Positions 18,266 through 27,454 of a DNA stretch of 64,000 nucleotides are shown here, piece by piece. A program made the translations under genes and the position numbers. A model generated the notes under the pieces. The model made no database searches, was not told where the DNA came from, and saw only the letters and a list, made by a program, of their open reading frames with translations. Source of the stretch: a phage; sequence record PZ445488.1. The stretch is one strand, 5' to 3'. Position 1 is the first letter of the stretch, and every line of letters starts with the position of its first letter.

Positions 18266-18573
18266 CGTAAAGTCCCTGCAATTGGAATACTAACAATACG
18301 ACCCGTGTCCAGGATTCGTTGATATAATCTTTGCGTCTCCGCATCTAGTTTAACGTGTTTCATTTCAAGCTTATTAAACCAGAACTTACGCGGAGTTTCG
18401 ACCATTCTTAGAACTCCCATTTTTAAATCTGTTTTATACTGTGTTTTCAAAGTATCGAAAACTTTATCTGCAATATCCTTTCTAAAAAATACTGCAGGAC
18501 GATGTTCATCAAGTGGAACCGGGACAGTAAATCCTTCCATATCTCGATAAACTATTGCATATACATAAACCAT
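18262..18573 (-). CDS. hypothetical protein (103 aa), dda.1-like position
   Basis: Track ORF overlapping the dda start by 4 nt. Confidence 0.45.
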   Translation of the reverse strand: MVYVYAIVYRDMEGFTVPVPLDEHRPAVFFRKDIADKVFDTLKTQYKTDLKMGVLRMVETPRKFWFNKLEMKHVKLDAETQRLYQRILDTGRIVSIPIAGTLR

Positions 18574-18575
18574 AA

Positions 18576-19324
18576 TTAACCTTTAATCAGTTGGAATAAT
18601 GATGCGCTAAGTGGTAAGCCACGTTTCAATTTTAATTTACCAATGAAACCAATCTTTTCAAAACGTTGCAGACCTTGGATAACTTTATCATATGTATCGA
18701 AAAGCGATTCAGCGTCAGTTAATTTAGTTTTAGTTTTCCAGTCAGAGCCTTTAAGAAGAACATTGAGTTTAGTAAGTTCATGTCCTTCCGCTTGATGTGA
18801 ACCATTAATGCGTGCTTTCAAAGCAACAATTCTAAGTTTAGATTCGTTAGATAAAGGTTGATTTTTCATCATGTTCGCCATATGCTTAACACGATTTTCA
18901 CGTTTTGCTCGGATTTTTAAAATAGTACCATAAACCTTTTTAATTTGGGCCCATTTCTTCTCGTCGAGATTAAGTTTCTCTACTTTACGGACAGAAGGAT
19001 TAGCGATACGTCTTGCAATGGCATCACGTTTCTCAATAAGTTCTTCTAATGTTAAATCAGAACGAGCCGTGTTATATTTTTTCTTAACTGGGATAACATT
19101 ACCTTTAATGTATCCTATATCGTTATTAAAACGTTCTAAGGATAATTTCTCACCTTCAACAGAGTTATTGAAAGATTCACCTGAGTAAGCGCAGACCTTT
19201 TGATCAAGAATGTTTTTAAGGTAATTAAAGTCTAAGTTAAAATCCTTAGAGCGTCTCTTCGCAGAAGCTCTGGTGTGGTAAAGACGACGATTGATTTTTT
19301 TTTAATTTTATTATTTGATAACAT
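18576..19324 (-). pseudogene. srd: srd-like gene interrupted by a 1-nt frame change in an A9 run (or sequencing error / slippage site)
   Basis: ATG at 19324 with AGGA RBS gives only 30 codons; shifting frame in the A9 tract (plus T9 at 19295-19303) joins a stop-free frame running into track ORF 18576-18881, about 250 aa in total (T4 Srd 247 aa). Confidence 0.45.
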
Positions 19325-19477
19325 AATATTTTCCTCTGTCTTACGGACGTTAAGGTCATTTAGCTGATAAGCTTATAATATCATGCCCTCAGGTAGTGTA
19401 CACTCTTTTTTCATAAAATGCTTTAATTTTTTATGTGTTATAATGGTTTTGAGTTCCATCCGGTTATTCCAATCCAG

Positions 19478-20086
19478 TCAGTAACCGACAATAGACAGAT
19501 TCCAGATTGTATAACGTCCATCTTGAATAATAGAATCTACACGCAGTGTAGTCCCTATAGGGAGCATAAATTCACATTCGTCAGATATAAGTCTAGCATT
19601 AGACCGTCTTGTCGCTTCAGGGAAAGCTCCATTGAACTCACAAGATGGCGCAGCCAGAATCATGTTAAGCATATGTTCACGGAAGTTGAAAGCAAATGGT
19701 GCATCTTTGATGCAGAACATATTAAATGTTCCATAAAAATTATATGAAGCGAAGTTACGTGCTACACCGAACACTGGACTAAAGCTCATTACTCTGTCAA
19801 ATTTAATAATACTACCAATGCCTTTATCAACAAGTGTGGCCATAGTTTTCTTAGAGATTCCACGATACATTGTCTCAGGAACTGAAGACGTCCAATTTCT
19901 ACGAACAATTGCACTTAAATCTTGTTGAATGCTATCAGGCTTGTTTTCCATACACTGCCATAGTACACTTTGTTCAATGTCGCTGAATTGCTCATCGATT
20001 TTGTACTGAAGCATATCTTGATAATCCGGGCATTGAGCACGACGAACCATTTCTTCAATTTCACACTCGTTATACGGCATAAACAT
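19478..20086 (-). CDS. ADP-ribosyltransferase, ModA/ModB-like
   Basis: 202 aa; ordered YRG ... SFS ... E-x-E motifs consistent with the R-S-E ADP-ribosyltransferase triad; at the modA/modB position. Confidence 0.5.
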   Translation of the reverse strand: MFMPYNECEIEEMVRRAQCPDYQDMLQYKIDEQFSDIEQSVLWQCMENKPDSIQQDLSAIVRRNWTSSVPETMYRGISKKTMATLVDKGIGSIIKFDRVMSFSPVFGVARNFASYNFYGTFNMFCIKDAPFAFNFREHMLNMILAAPSCEFNGAFPEATRRSNARLISDECEFMLPIGTTLRVDSIIQDGRYTIWNLSIVGY

Positions 20087-20143
20087 TTAGGTTTCTCCTG
20101 TGGTTGATAAAGGTATAGTATCATCATCGGAAGAGTTTGTACA

Positions 20144-20725
20144 CTAAAAATTCAACATTTTCAAATGAATGATTTTGTATAACCGAGATAAAGGGTCATA
20201 TTCTAAGTCTTCAATTTCTACAATCTCAAATCTAGAGATACCTGAGACCATATATTCTTGTTCAGATTCAATCATATCTAGGACGTCAACACGTTTTTCT
20301 TCCATAACATGCTTAGGGTTCTTTCCGGCGAGTACAATGTTAATCATGTTTTGGTAGTAATCAAAAATGAATGGAGCATTCCTGAGACTAAGAATAGTGT
20401 ACGTCTGATATTCCCAACTCCCAGAGAACTGTCTGGCCGTACCAAAGTCTGTTGTAAACGATGTTACTCGTCCAGGAGACCAATGGCATCCAACAGAAAG
20501 AAGGGAAAGACGTTCTACTTCTTCTGGAGTTACACCACGATAGAGTTCTACTGGTACTGTAGAAGTCATATGCTTACGAACAAGATGGTCTAATTCATAG
20601 TGGAAATCTGGGTCTTCCTTATAATCAGTGCAAGCCCAGAGAATGTTTTGTTCTTGTTTAGTGAATTTATCATCAATTAGTGCTGCGAGATATTCGCGTT
20701 CTTGAAGTTCAGATTGACATGTCAT
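20144..20725 (-). CDS. ADP-ribosyltransferase, ModA/ModB-like paralog
   Basis: 193 aa; LYRG ... SFTT ... ESEQEYMV motifs; tandem to the previous gene. Confidence 0.45.
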   Translation of the reverse strand: MTCQSELQEREYLAALIDDKFTKQEQNILWACTDYKEDPDFHYELDHLVRKHMTSTVPVELYRGVTPEEVERLSLLSVGCHWSPGRVTSFTTDFGTARQFSGSWEYQTYTILSLRNAPFIFDYYQNMINIVLAGKNPKHVMEEKRVDVLDMIESEQEYMVSGISRFEIVEIEDLEYDPLSRLYKIIHLKMLNF

Positions 20726-20743
20726 GATAGACCTCCATTTAAA

Positions 20744-20781
20744 GATAAGCCTATCATAACACGAGAGGAGGGAATGTAAAC
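20744..20781 (-). promoter_or_regulatory. early promoter
   Basis: Minus strand GTTTAC-17 nt-TATGAT upstream of the 193-aa gene. Confidence 0.45.
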
Positions 20782-20941
20782 TACTTTTTAAGCTTTCCTA
20801 CTAAAGGTCCATCAGGGCCAGGTTGTTCTAACATGAATAACGATGCTTTAAAAAGCAATGTCAACCCTTTCACCATTCGATACCATGTCTCAAAGTCTTT
20901 TTCCTTGATTTCTAGTAAGAATTTCTCTTTAAATTTCTCTT

Positions 20942-21130
20942 TCATTTCCAAGGACTCCATGGTGGAGGGTCGTCATAATAAGAGGCAAGGTCTTTCAGGG
21001 CTTCAACAGGTAAACTAAAGCCGTGTCGTTGTATAATACTATCTAGTTCATCGACAAGTTCACTACGATGCACTTTAGGAGCCTTGACTTCAGGCTCATC
21101 AAACATACTCATAAGGTCCATATTATTCAC
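20942..21130 (-). CDS. hypothetical protein (62 aa)
   Basis: Track ORF, operon strand. Confidence 0.4.
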   Translation of the reverse strand: MNNMDLMSMFDEPEVKAPKVHRSELVDELDSIIQRHGFSLPVEALKDLASYYDDPPPWSPWK

Positions 21131-21587
21131 CTAAATAAAAACTAGCAGGTTCAGAGAATGTTTCTAGTGCTACACCTTTTGTCTTAAAAAATTTCCAAAT
21201 AGCTCGTTGCAAATGGATTAAATCTGCTAATGATGTAATAAAGTATTTTTTGGCAAAATATGTATGGTCTCGCTTTTCAAACAGGTCTAAACGCTTTTCA
21301 GGATTCACATAAACAGCATTTTCTGTAGATTCATACCCTAAGTCCTTTATGCCTTCTTCAAGACTAAACGGAGAATTTTTAGAATGAGTAATAGCTCCAA
21401 CTCGCTCTACACGAATTTTGTAACCTTTAGGAATCTGCAATTTGCAGAATTCTTCTACGATATATTGCGGATTATTTAGACTTTTGTTAATGAGAATAGC
21501 TATTTCTAGTGGAGTCTTATCTTCTACTGGTATATGTTTAAATGACTTGGCTTCAAGCAAATACATTTTAAATAACATAGCATCCAT
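21123..21587 (-). CDS. hypothetical protein (154 aa)
   Basis: Track ORF, operon strand. Confidence 0.45.
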   Translation of the reverse strand: MDAMLFKMYLLEAKSFKHIPVEDKTPLEIAILINKSLNNPQYIVEEFCKLQIPKGYKIRVERVGAITHSKNSPFSLEEGIKDLGYESTENAVYVNPEKRLDLFEKRDHTYFAKKYFITSLADLIHLQRAIWKFFKTKGVALETFSEPASFYLGE

Positions 21588-21762
21588 TATAATTTCCTCG
21601 ATGGTTCACCCATATAAAGTTTTACAATACGTTCGCCTTCATCTTCGACGAGCTTTTCTTCATGTTTCTGGAATTCTTTAGCCATATTCTCTTCAAGAAC
21701 ATCCAGCCAATCTTCTGGACCGACACCATCATTCCAGCTTTTAAACCATTTTACTATTCTGT

Positions 21763-21951
21763 TCATTCGCAGCTCCCTGAGTCCGAACTACAATCGGAAT
21801 AACTTGAACCAGAATCTCCAGACCAGGATGATACGTAAGAATGATTATAACTTGAAGAGTTTGAAGCAGACTTAGGACGAATAACTTCTTCCATCATGAC
21901 GTCACCAATATATTCCCAACTTTTTTCATGTGTATCAGGAATAGGCATCAT
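21763..21951 (-). CDS. hypothetical Ser-rich small protein (about 62 aa)
   Basis: Track ORF 21763-22074 trimmed to an internal Met to avoid overlap; C-terminal low-complexity SSWSGDSGSSYSDCSSDSGS. Confidence 0.35.
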   Translation of the reverse strand: MMPIPDTHEKSWEYIGDVMMEEVIRPKSASNSSSYNHSYVSSWSGDSGSSYSDCSSDSGSCE

Positions 21952-21964
21952 ACCTTCGCCTGGT

Positions 21965-22192
21965 TTAACAACAAATAACTTCTTCAGCATCGTAAGCATT
22001 AATTGTTCCTCGAACAAAACGAACACCACCATCATCCCAACGGATTTCGGCATTAAATTTGACGTCTTCACCATCCATCATGAATGAGTGTACGACTACG
22101 TCATCATAATATCCAAGACCGTATTTCAGCGAAACTTCTTGTGCAATCAAAGCGCCTAATGTGTTATTAGGTTTAATCCAACGATTTAACAT
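21965..22192 (-). CDS. hypothetical protein (75 aa)
   Basis: Track ORF with GTTTAC early promoter about 55 nt upstream. Confidence 0.4.
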   Translation of the reverse strand: MLNRWIKPNNTLGALIAQEVSLKYGLGYYDDVVVHSFMMDGEDVKFNAEIRWDDGGVRFVRGTINAYDAEEVICC

Positions 22193-22254
22193 AATGTTCT
22201 CCTCTTGAGTAAGTAAGAATATCTTAACATAGTTTTTAGTGGATGTAAACTCTA

Positions 22255-22285
22255 GAAACGAAAAAAGGAATCCCGAAGGATTCCT
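22255..22285 (-). terminator. intrinsic terminator downstream of soc
   Basis: Minus-strand RNA AGGAAUCC-UUCG-GGAUUCCU followed by UUUUUU. Confidence 0.65.
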
Positions 22286-22293
22286 TAAATTAT

Positions 22294-22530
22294 TTAACCA
22301 CTTACTGGTGTAGGGGTAAACATTGCAGCGTTCTTAGTTTTCCAAGTTGCTGCATCAGAAACGACATCAGAATAAGCTGCCTTTTCTGATGGAAAGATTT
22401 GGTAATGAGAATCTGCAATCCGATGTTCGTTTGAATAAATCTCAAACGGTACAGAAACTTCCATACCTTTAACTTCTTTACCTTCACCCGCAGGATGCGT
22501 AAAGGTTTTGATGTTTACATAACCACCCAT
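22294..22530 (-). CDS. soc: small outer capsid protein Soc
   Basis: 78 aa; GYVNIKTF and HYQIFPSEKAAYS match recalled T4 Soc; TATAAATA late promoter 33 nt upstream. Confidence 0.7.
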   Translation of the reverse strand: MGGYVNIKTFTHPAGEGKEVKGMEVSVPFEIYSNEHRIADSHYQIFPSEKAAYSDVVSDAATWKTKNAAMFTPTPVSG

Positions 22531-22562
22531 AATTAACTCCTTTGTTGTTTAATTACAGGTGT

Positions 22563-22570
22563 ATTTATAA
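22563..22570 (-). promoter_or_regulatory. T4-type late promoter TATAAATA for soc
   Basis: Plus tatttata = minus TATAAATA, about 30 nt upstream of the soc ATG. Confidence 0.65.
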
Positions 22571-22575
22571 CTTAA

Positions 22576-23094
22576 TTAGTAACCATTATCCTGACGTTCA
22601 AAGTTGTGTTGGTTTTTCAAGTAGTAAAGTTTAAAGATTTCTTCAGCCGAAAGACCTAGACCTTGGAACATATTTAGAACGAAATGCAGAATATCAATCA
22701 TTTCAAATTTAATTTCAAGCTGGTCTTCAGGAGACAGTTCATCAATACGACGATTTCGATATTCAGCATGTTGTGCCTTCCACGGCTTCCATACACTGCT
22801 GGCGGCTTTTTCACCATTGCTCATACCACCAAGTGAAGTCAGCAGTTCACGGAATTCATCATCAATATAATCTTTCTGATTACGCAGCCAATCAACAACA
22901 TCACCAGCAGTGGCCAATTCATCAGGATGTTTGTTATGTTCAGGCTTGTCATTTGCCAGACGAACCTGTAAAGATTTTTGCATATCAAGCATTACCTGCA
23001 GTGGGTCTTTATCTTCGTGAATCAGAGCATTAAAATAAGCTTCTTCTGCTTTATCAACACCAGAAATAAGTTGTGAACATTCATTAAAGTGCGC
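22576..23094 (-). CDS. 56: dCTP pyrophosphatase (dCTPase/dUTPase)
   Basis: 172 aa from the second ATG (first ATG lies in the AAAGGAAA RBS); MAHFNEC...DPLQVMLDMQ...ELLTSLG...SPEDQLEIKFE...EEIFKLYYLKN matches recalled T4 gp56. Confidence 0.75.
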   Translation of the reverse strand, partial: AHFNECSQLISGVDKAEEAYFNALIHEDKDPLQVMLDMQKSLQVRLANDKPEHNKHPDELATAGDVVDWLRNQKDYIDDEFRELLTSLGGMSNGEKAASSVWKPWKAQHAEYRNRRIDELSPEDQLEIKFEMIDILHFVLNMFQGLGLSAEEIFKLYYLKNQHNFERQDNGY

Positions 23095-23185
23095 CATTAT
23101 TTTTCCTTTCAATTCAGTATAAGAGAGTTAATTCTAACATTAATTTTATAAAGCGTAATAAATAATAGGTAACCAAGGAGATATT

Positions 23186-23383
23186 ATGTTTAAACTTCCA
23201 TCGTTAATCAACGCTATTAAAGGCAATAAAAAGAAAACTGCTATCGCTGCAATAGTTGTAGGCGGCATTATTTCATGGAACTTCGGGATTGCACCATTGT
23301 TAGTTGCCCATGGTATTATAGTTCCTTCTGTTCCATTGGATACTGTAGTTGATTTGGCCTTTGCTATTATAGGACTTGTTTAA
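23186..23383 (+). CDS. small two-helix membrane protein (65 aa), opposite strand to the operon
   Basis: AAGGAG RBS 7 nt upstream of ATG; hydrophobic AIAAIVVGGIISW...LAFAIIGLV; lies in the 56-61 intergenic gap, convergent with gene 61. Confidence 0.35.
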   Translation: MFKLPSLINAIKGNKKKTAIAAIVVGGIISWNFGIAPLLVAHGIIVPSVPLDTVVDLAFAIIGLV

Positions 23384-24402
23384 ATCTTCGAATAACGAGA
23401 TAATCTCATTTTAGCATGCAACCCACTTGAAATATTCTGTTTCATATATTCTAAAATTTCTTGTGGTGTTGCATTTTCTTTCATTACCATATCATTCACA
23501 TCCTTTGAACTCCATGGAGCTCGGTCCCAGAACATAACACGTTCGCCTGCATCTACTAATCGCTTCATACGAGCTATAGTATCCGGATGCCTAGGTTCAT
23601 TATCCATTACCCATACCCGACGTTCTTTAAATGGTACCACATCTAAATCTATTGAGCCGCCTGTAATAGCGATTGCGTTTGGTATGAATAAACTATCAAT
23701 AGGACCTTCCATTACCCAGACGTCTCCTTCCTTAACACGTTCAACACCATAAATTTTTGTTGCAGACTCAAAAGCTTTAATAGTGATATATTTCTGAGGA
23801 GCATCTTTGCGAAGTGCACGTCCTTGAAATGACTCAGCCTTCCCGTCTTTATTAAAAATAGGAATCACTAAACGCGGTTCTGGAATCTCTTTCTTATACG
23901 TGCCTGGTTGAATCTTGTTGACCAATTTAGGCCATTCTAATGTGAACCATAATCTGTTCCATGATTCTTTAGGAATACACCGGGACTTAACATATTTCAC
24001 AATAGGATGCTCTTCAGGCAACTTGTCCAGACGAGAACAAGACGGCAAAGAATTTATAGTCTTTTTCTCCGGTTCTGGTTTATGTTCAGGAACCTTTTCA
24101 ATCTTTGGTTCCATTCTAGCTTTTTCTTTACGAACTTCCATTAGATATTCACGATAAAGCTCTTCGTCATACTCTTTTAAGTATCCGGAAATTGTATTAT
24201 GATATTGACAGTTATAGCAATGCACATTACCTGGAGTACCGCCATAATACCATCCGCGAGCTTTCATTGCATCTGTCTGGGAGTCGCCACAAACCGGGCA
24301 TCGAAATGTTAATTTAAATGTGCTTGAATTATTGATTTGTCTAAAACGAGGTAGGTGAGAAAACGCACGATAAGCAAATTCATTATCTATCCATTCAGCC
24401 AT
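23380..24402 (-). CDS. 61: DNA primase
   Basis: 340 aa (T4 gp61 342 aa); N-terminal zinc ribbon CPVCGDS...CYNC followed by Toprim-like region. Confidence 0.8.
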   Translation of the reverse strand: MAEWIDNEFAYRAFSHLPRFRQINNSSTFKLTFRCPVCGDSQTDAMKARGWYYGGTPGNVHCYNCQYHNTISGYLKEYDEELYREYLMEVRKEKARMEPKIEKVPEHKPEPEKKTINSLPSCSRLDKLPEEHPIVKYVKSRCIPKESWNRLWFTLEWPKLVNKIQPGTYKKEIPEPRLVIPIFNKDGKAESFQGRALRKDAPQKYITIKAFESATKIYGVERVKEGDVWVMEGPIDSLFIPNAIAITGGSIDLDVVPFKERRVWVMDNEPRHPDTIARMKRLVDAGERVMFWDRAPWSSKDVNDMVMKENATPQEILEYMKQNISSGLHAKMRLSRYSKI

Positions 24403-24441
24403 AGTATTCTCCAGAGGCCTTAAATTAATAAGGCCATCATA

Positions 24442-24936
24442 TCACAACTTATTAATATTTACTTTAATTCGCTTTCTTTTCTTGGAAGGAATTTGTTCTG
24501 GACCTTTATTTACGACTGCACCTGTAGTTGTTCCTGATGCAATAGCTTGAGGACTGCCACCTGAATCACCAGCAACCATATCCTCAAATAAAGGGAGTTC
24601 TTTAAATATTTCTTTCTGTTGTTCTTCAGTAATGTTATAGCGTGAAGCTACAGCACTCCAGGCAGACATCATTGAGGCCATTCCATTAAGACCTGGAACA
24701 GTACTCATCATTCGCTTCATTGAACGAACTGAAGCATGAAAAGGTGTATAAGCCGCTTTCTCTTCGGGAGTAGAAGGACGTTTAAGAACACTTCCACGTT
24801 CGTCGATTATTTTGGCTTCGTACGCTTTCCATTCGGTAAAAGGTTTTTGCATTAGTCGAATAAACTTATATGCGTAAACAGAATCTATTGCAGTGTTAAT
24901 AATACCCATAGGTACCTCCTGAGTATATTTAATCAA
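24442..24936 (-). CDS. hypothetical protein (164 aa)
   Basis: Track ORF in the 61.x-equivalent block. Confidence 0.45.
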   Translation of the reverse strand: MIKYTQEVPMGIINTAIDSVYAYKFIRLMQKPFTEWKAYEAKIIDERGSVLKRPSTPEEKAAYTPFHASVRSMKRMMSTVPGLNGMASMMSAWSAVASRYNITEEQQKEIFKELPLFEDMVAGDSGGSPQAIASGTTTGAVVNKGPEQIPSKKRKRIKVNINKL

Positions 24937-25126
24937 TCACAAAGATCGCTTTATCACCGTTCGCATCTGTGACTTCATATGTAGTGTCTTCATAGTGTGG
25001 AATATTCCAAATTACACCATCATTAGCTTTTACGCTAATATGGTATTGGTGTTTTGAAACAACTTCATAATCTTCAAAACTTGTAAAAACACTAATTTTA
25101 GAACCAGTGCAAATTGCAGTAGTCAT
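24929..25126 (-). CDS. hypothetical protein (65 aa)
   Basis: Track ORF, operon strand. Confidence 0.4.
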   Translation of the reverse strand: MTTAICTGSKISVFTSFEDYEVVSKHQYHISVKANDGVIWNIPHYEDTTYEVTDANGDKAIFVID

Positions 25127-25127
25127 T

Positions 25128-25787
25128 TTAACCTCGATTCATAAATGCATTAAATATTTGGTCATCAACAGAAATTTCTAATTCGACTTCAATTGTTTCA
25201 GCCTTTTCTTCAGGTGGTAATTCGTATCCACACACTACAATTTTTTCATCGATATCAAAATATACAGAAGCAATACGATTAATGTTACTTTCAGTTAAGT
25301 CTAAATCAACATCAACATCTTTTTGACCTACACTTAAAGGATAACTAATACGAGTTATTTTATTATCTTTAACAAAGAGTCCACCAACATACTCTGTACT
25401 ACGTTTGAAGTTTACACGTTTCCGAATTGAAAGATATGATACATCTTTACCGTGAGCTCGGCTCATAGGACATAATGAATAACTAGAATAAGAGATGTCA
25501 AATCCTACGCCTTCAACATGTGCTAGAGTATCATGAGTAAACCAATTATAGTCGTATGCCAAATCCATTAAATTATAATATGTGAAAGGCACTGGATTAA
25601 CATCATATGTTGTACCTTTAAAATCTGCCCAGGCAACGATTTCGTTATCTTTAACAATTACAAAAATTACACCAATATGGTATCCGTTATTATTTTCATT
25701 CGGCGTTATATTATAACATTGTGCATTAGGAAATTTACCATATTTAAATGGCGCGTTTTTGTGCATGTAATAAATCATATTATTCAC
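25128..25787 (-). CDS. hypothetical protein (219 aa)
   Basis: Track ORF in the 61.2-equivalent position. Confidence 0.45.
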   Translation of the reverse strand: MNNMIYYMHKNAPFKYGKFPNAQCYNITPNENNNGYHIGVIFVIVKDNEIVAWADFKGTTYDVNPVPFTYYNLMDLAYDYNWFTHDTLAHVEGVGFDISYSSYSLCPMSRAHGKDVSYLSIRKRVNFKRSTEYVGGLFVKDNKITRISYPLSVGQKDVDVDLDLTESNINRIASVYFDIDEKIVVCGYELPPEEKAETIEVELEISVDDQIFNAFMNRG

Positions 25788-26073
25788 CTGTGATTTCGGT
25801 TACGATATCTTTGTTATCGAAATTAGGGTCACAATACAAAACATAGTTGTACTGCATGATACCGCCAGACTTAAGTTGTTCAACAACTTTATTAACCATA
25901 TTAGGACGGTCTCGTTTAGTGATGTTCATGATATCAGAGAAGATTTGTTGTTCAACATCTTCTTGATTTGCAGTCATTGACCACTCACAGAGGTCTTTAT
26001 CATAACCTGCTGTAACTGGAGCTGGTGCACATGATACTGCAAGTAAGATTGCTGCCAATGATAACTTTTTCAT
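25780..26073 (-). CDS. sp: Spackle-like periplasmic protein (lysozyme inhibitor / superinfection exclusion)
   Basis: 97 aa with signal peptide MKKLSLAAILLAVSCAPAPVTA; GYDKDLCEWSM...GGIMQYNYVLYCD matches recalled T4 Sp (97 aa); between 61 and 41 as in T4. Confidence 0.6.
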   Translation of the reverse strand: MKKLSLAAILLAVSCAPAPVTAGYDKDLCEWSMTANQEDVEQQIFSDIMNITKRDRPNMVNKVVEQLKSGGIMQYNYVLYCDPNFDNKDIVTEITGE

Positions 26074-26093
26074 TTTAACTCCTTAGTTGATTT

Positions 26094-26132
26094 GATAGGA
26101 CTACTATACTATAGTCCATCTATAATGTAAAC
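26094..26132 (-). promoter_or_regulatory. early promoter with embedded stem-loop (PeSL-like)
   Basis: gataggactactatactatagtccatctataatgtaaac. Confidence 0.5.
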
Positions 26133-26136
26133 AAGT

Positions 26137-26385
26137 TTATTCTTTTTCGCGAATAATAATTACTTGTTGAGGCTGCTGAGCAGATTTCTTTTCGGCAACG
26201 ATAGACCAAATTAAAGTTCCAATCCAACCAATCATCGTCCAGTTAAAGAGTAAAGATACAAAGAAGATTGCTGTTGTGCTTTTTGTGCCACGAATAAGTG
26301 CGATTACCCAAGGCAACATGTAAATGATGATTGAACCAATACCTGCGATTAAAACTGCTACTGAACTAGCTACGAATAATTCCAT
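26137..26385 (-). CDS. small two-helix inner-membrane protein (82 aa), possible immunity-type
   Basis: Two hydrophobic segments (SSVAVLIAGIGSIIIYML / LLFNWTMIGWIGTLIWSIV); own promoter and AGAGGAAA RBS. Confidence 0.5.
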   Translation of the reverse strand: MELFVASSVAVLIAGIGSIIIYMLPWVIALIRGTKSTTAIFFVSLLFNWTMIGWIGTLIWSIVAEKKSAQQPQQVIIIREKE

Positions 26386-26410
26386 GTTAATTTCCTCTTG
26401 ATTTGTTATG

Positions 26411-26443
26411 TTTATAGTATCTTATTTTAACTTTGGTGTAAAC
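26411..26443 (-). promoter_or_regulatory. early promoter
   Basis: Minus strand GTTTAC-18 nt-TACTAT. Confidence 0.45.
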
Positions 26444-26446
26444 CGA

Positions 26447-26815
26447 TTAATTAAATTTGTTTAAACGTTCAATACACTGGACATAGTTATTCGCGATTTG
26501 TTTCTGGGAAGGCTCTTTACCAGTTGTTTCAACATAGCGAATGAATGCGATTTCAGTAGCCTGTAGACAATGTTCTTTAACGCGTTGTTCTTTTGACAAT
26601 GCTACAGTATCAGAATCACGATAACGTTGAGCATGAGCATCAGCTTTAATCATTCGATTACCTACAGTAACCGGGTCTTCCACTTCAACTTTAGGTTGGT
26701 CATACTGTTTAACATTCGGATTGTAAATCAATTGGCCAACGTTATTAGGGATAAAGCCATGAGCACCACATCCGGTTAATCCAAATACCATTGCTAAAGT
26801 GATTAATTTTTTCAT
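26447..26815 (-). CDS. predicted lipoprotein (122 aa)
   Basis: Signal peptide ending in lipobox LTGC (MKKLITLAMVFGLTGC). Confidence 0.55.
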   Translation of the reverse strand: MKKLITLAMVFGLTGCGAHGFIPNNVGQLIYNPNVKQYDQPKVEVEDPVTVGNRMIKADAHAQRYRDSDTVALSKEQRVKEHCLQATEIAFIRYVETTGKEPSQKQIANNYVQCIERLNKFN

Positions 26816-26834
26816 TTCAATTTCCTCTGTAGTT

Positions 26835-26873
26835 GATAGAAAGATAGTAACGCAGTATGTGGTGCTTGTAAAC
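26835..26873 (-). promoter_or_regulatory. early promoter
   Basis: gatagaaagatagtaacgcagtatgtggtgcttgtaaac; GTTTAC on minus strand. Confidence 0.45.
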
Positions 26874-26885
26874 AGTTATTTAAAA

Positions 26886-27074
26886 TTATTGAAAATCTGC
26901 TTCGAAAACTTTCTCGTCATTAACAAATGCTTTAACTAATGCGTTGTTCACTTCGGCAAGTTGTACCGTAACCCACTCGATTTCTTCGCGATCACCTGAT
27001 AACATGATATCTTTAGTGAACATCTCACCGCTTTTAAACCAACCGATAAAAGTAACTTTAGTTAATTTGCCCAT
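26886..27074 (-). CDS. dmd: Dmd-like antitoxin (discriminator of mRNA degradation)
   Basis: About 62 aa from the second Met; VTFIGWFKSGEMFTKDIML...AEVNNALVKAFVNDEKV resembles recalled T4 Dmd (60 aa); adjacent to gene 41 as in T4. Confidence 0.5.
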   Translation of the reverse strand: MGKLTKVTFIGWFKSGEMFTKDIMLSGDREEIEWVTVQLAEVNNALVKAFVNDEKVFEADFQ

Positions 27075-27388
27075 ATTTCCTCGCAAAATGCCCATTCAGC
27101 GTGATAAACTGTAGCACCTTTAGTATCATTCATTTGAACTACGTCTACTGGAGAAATTACTCGATAGAGACGTGGTTCACCTCCATAAGAGCGTGCTGCT
27201 CGTCCTGCATAAATCTTTGCTAAACCGATATCTTCAGTAAAGAATACACGATTCAAGTTTTTCTTACGTCCAGTTTCAGACAGAACTCCTGTTTCTTCAG
27301 GAGGACAAAGCATGTTTTCGATGTTAGCTGAACTACTTGAACCGTGATAAAAAATCTTAAATTCTGCTTTGCAATCGATGGTTTCCAT
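27062..27388 (-). CDS. hypothetical protein (108 aa)
   Basis: Track ORF with own early promoter (27410-27448). Confidence 0.45.
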   Translation of the reverse strand: METIDCKAEFKIFYHGSSSSANIENMLCPPEETGVLSETGRKKNLNRVFFTEDIGLAKIYAGRAARSYGGEPRLYRVISPVDVVQMNDTKGATVYHAEWAFCEEIWAN

Positions 27389-27409
27389 TTTGTTCTCCTC
27401 TTGGTTGGT

Positions 27410-27448
27410 GTAAGTACATCATATCATGCCTAGAGGAAGATGTAAACC
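27410..27448 (-). promoter_or_regulatory. early promoter
   Basis: Minus strand GTTTAC-18 nt-TATGAT. Confidence 0.45.
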
Positions 27449-27454
27449 CCGAAA

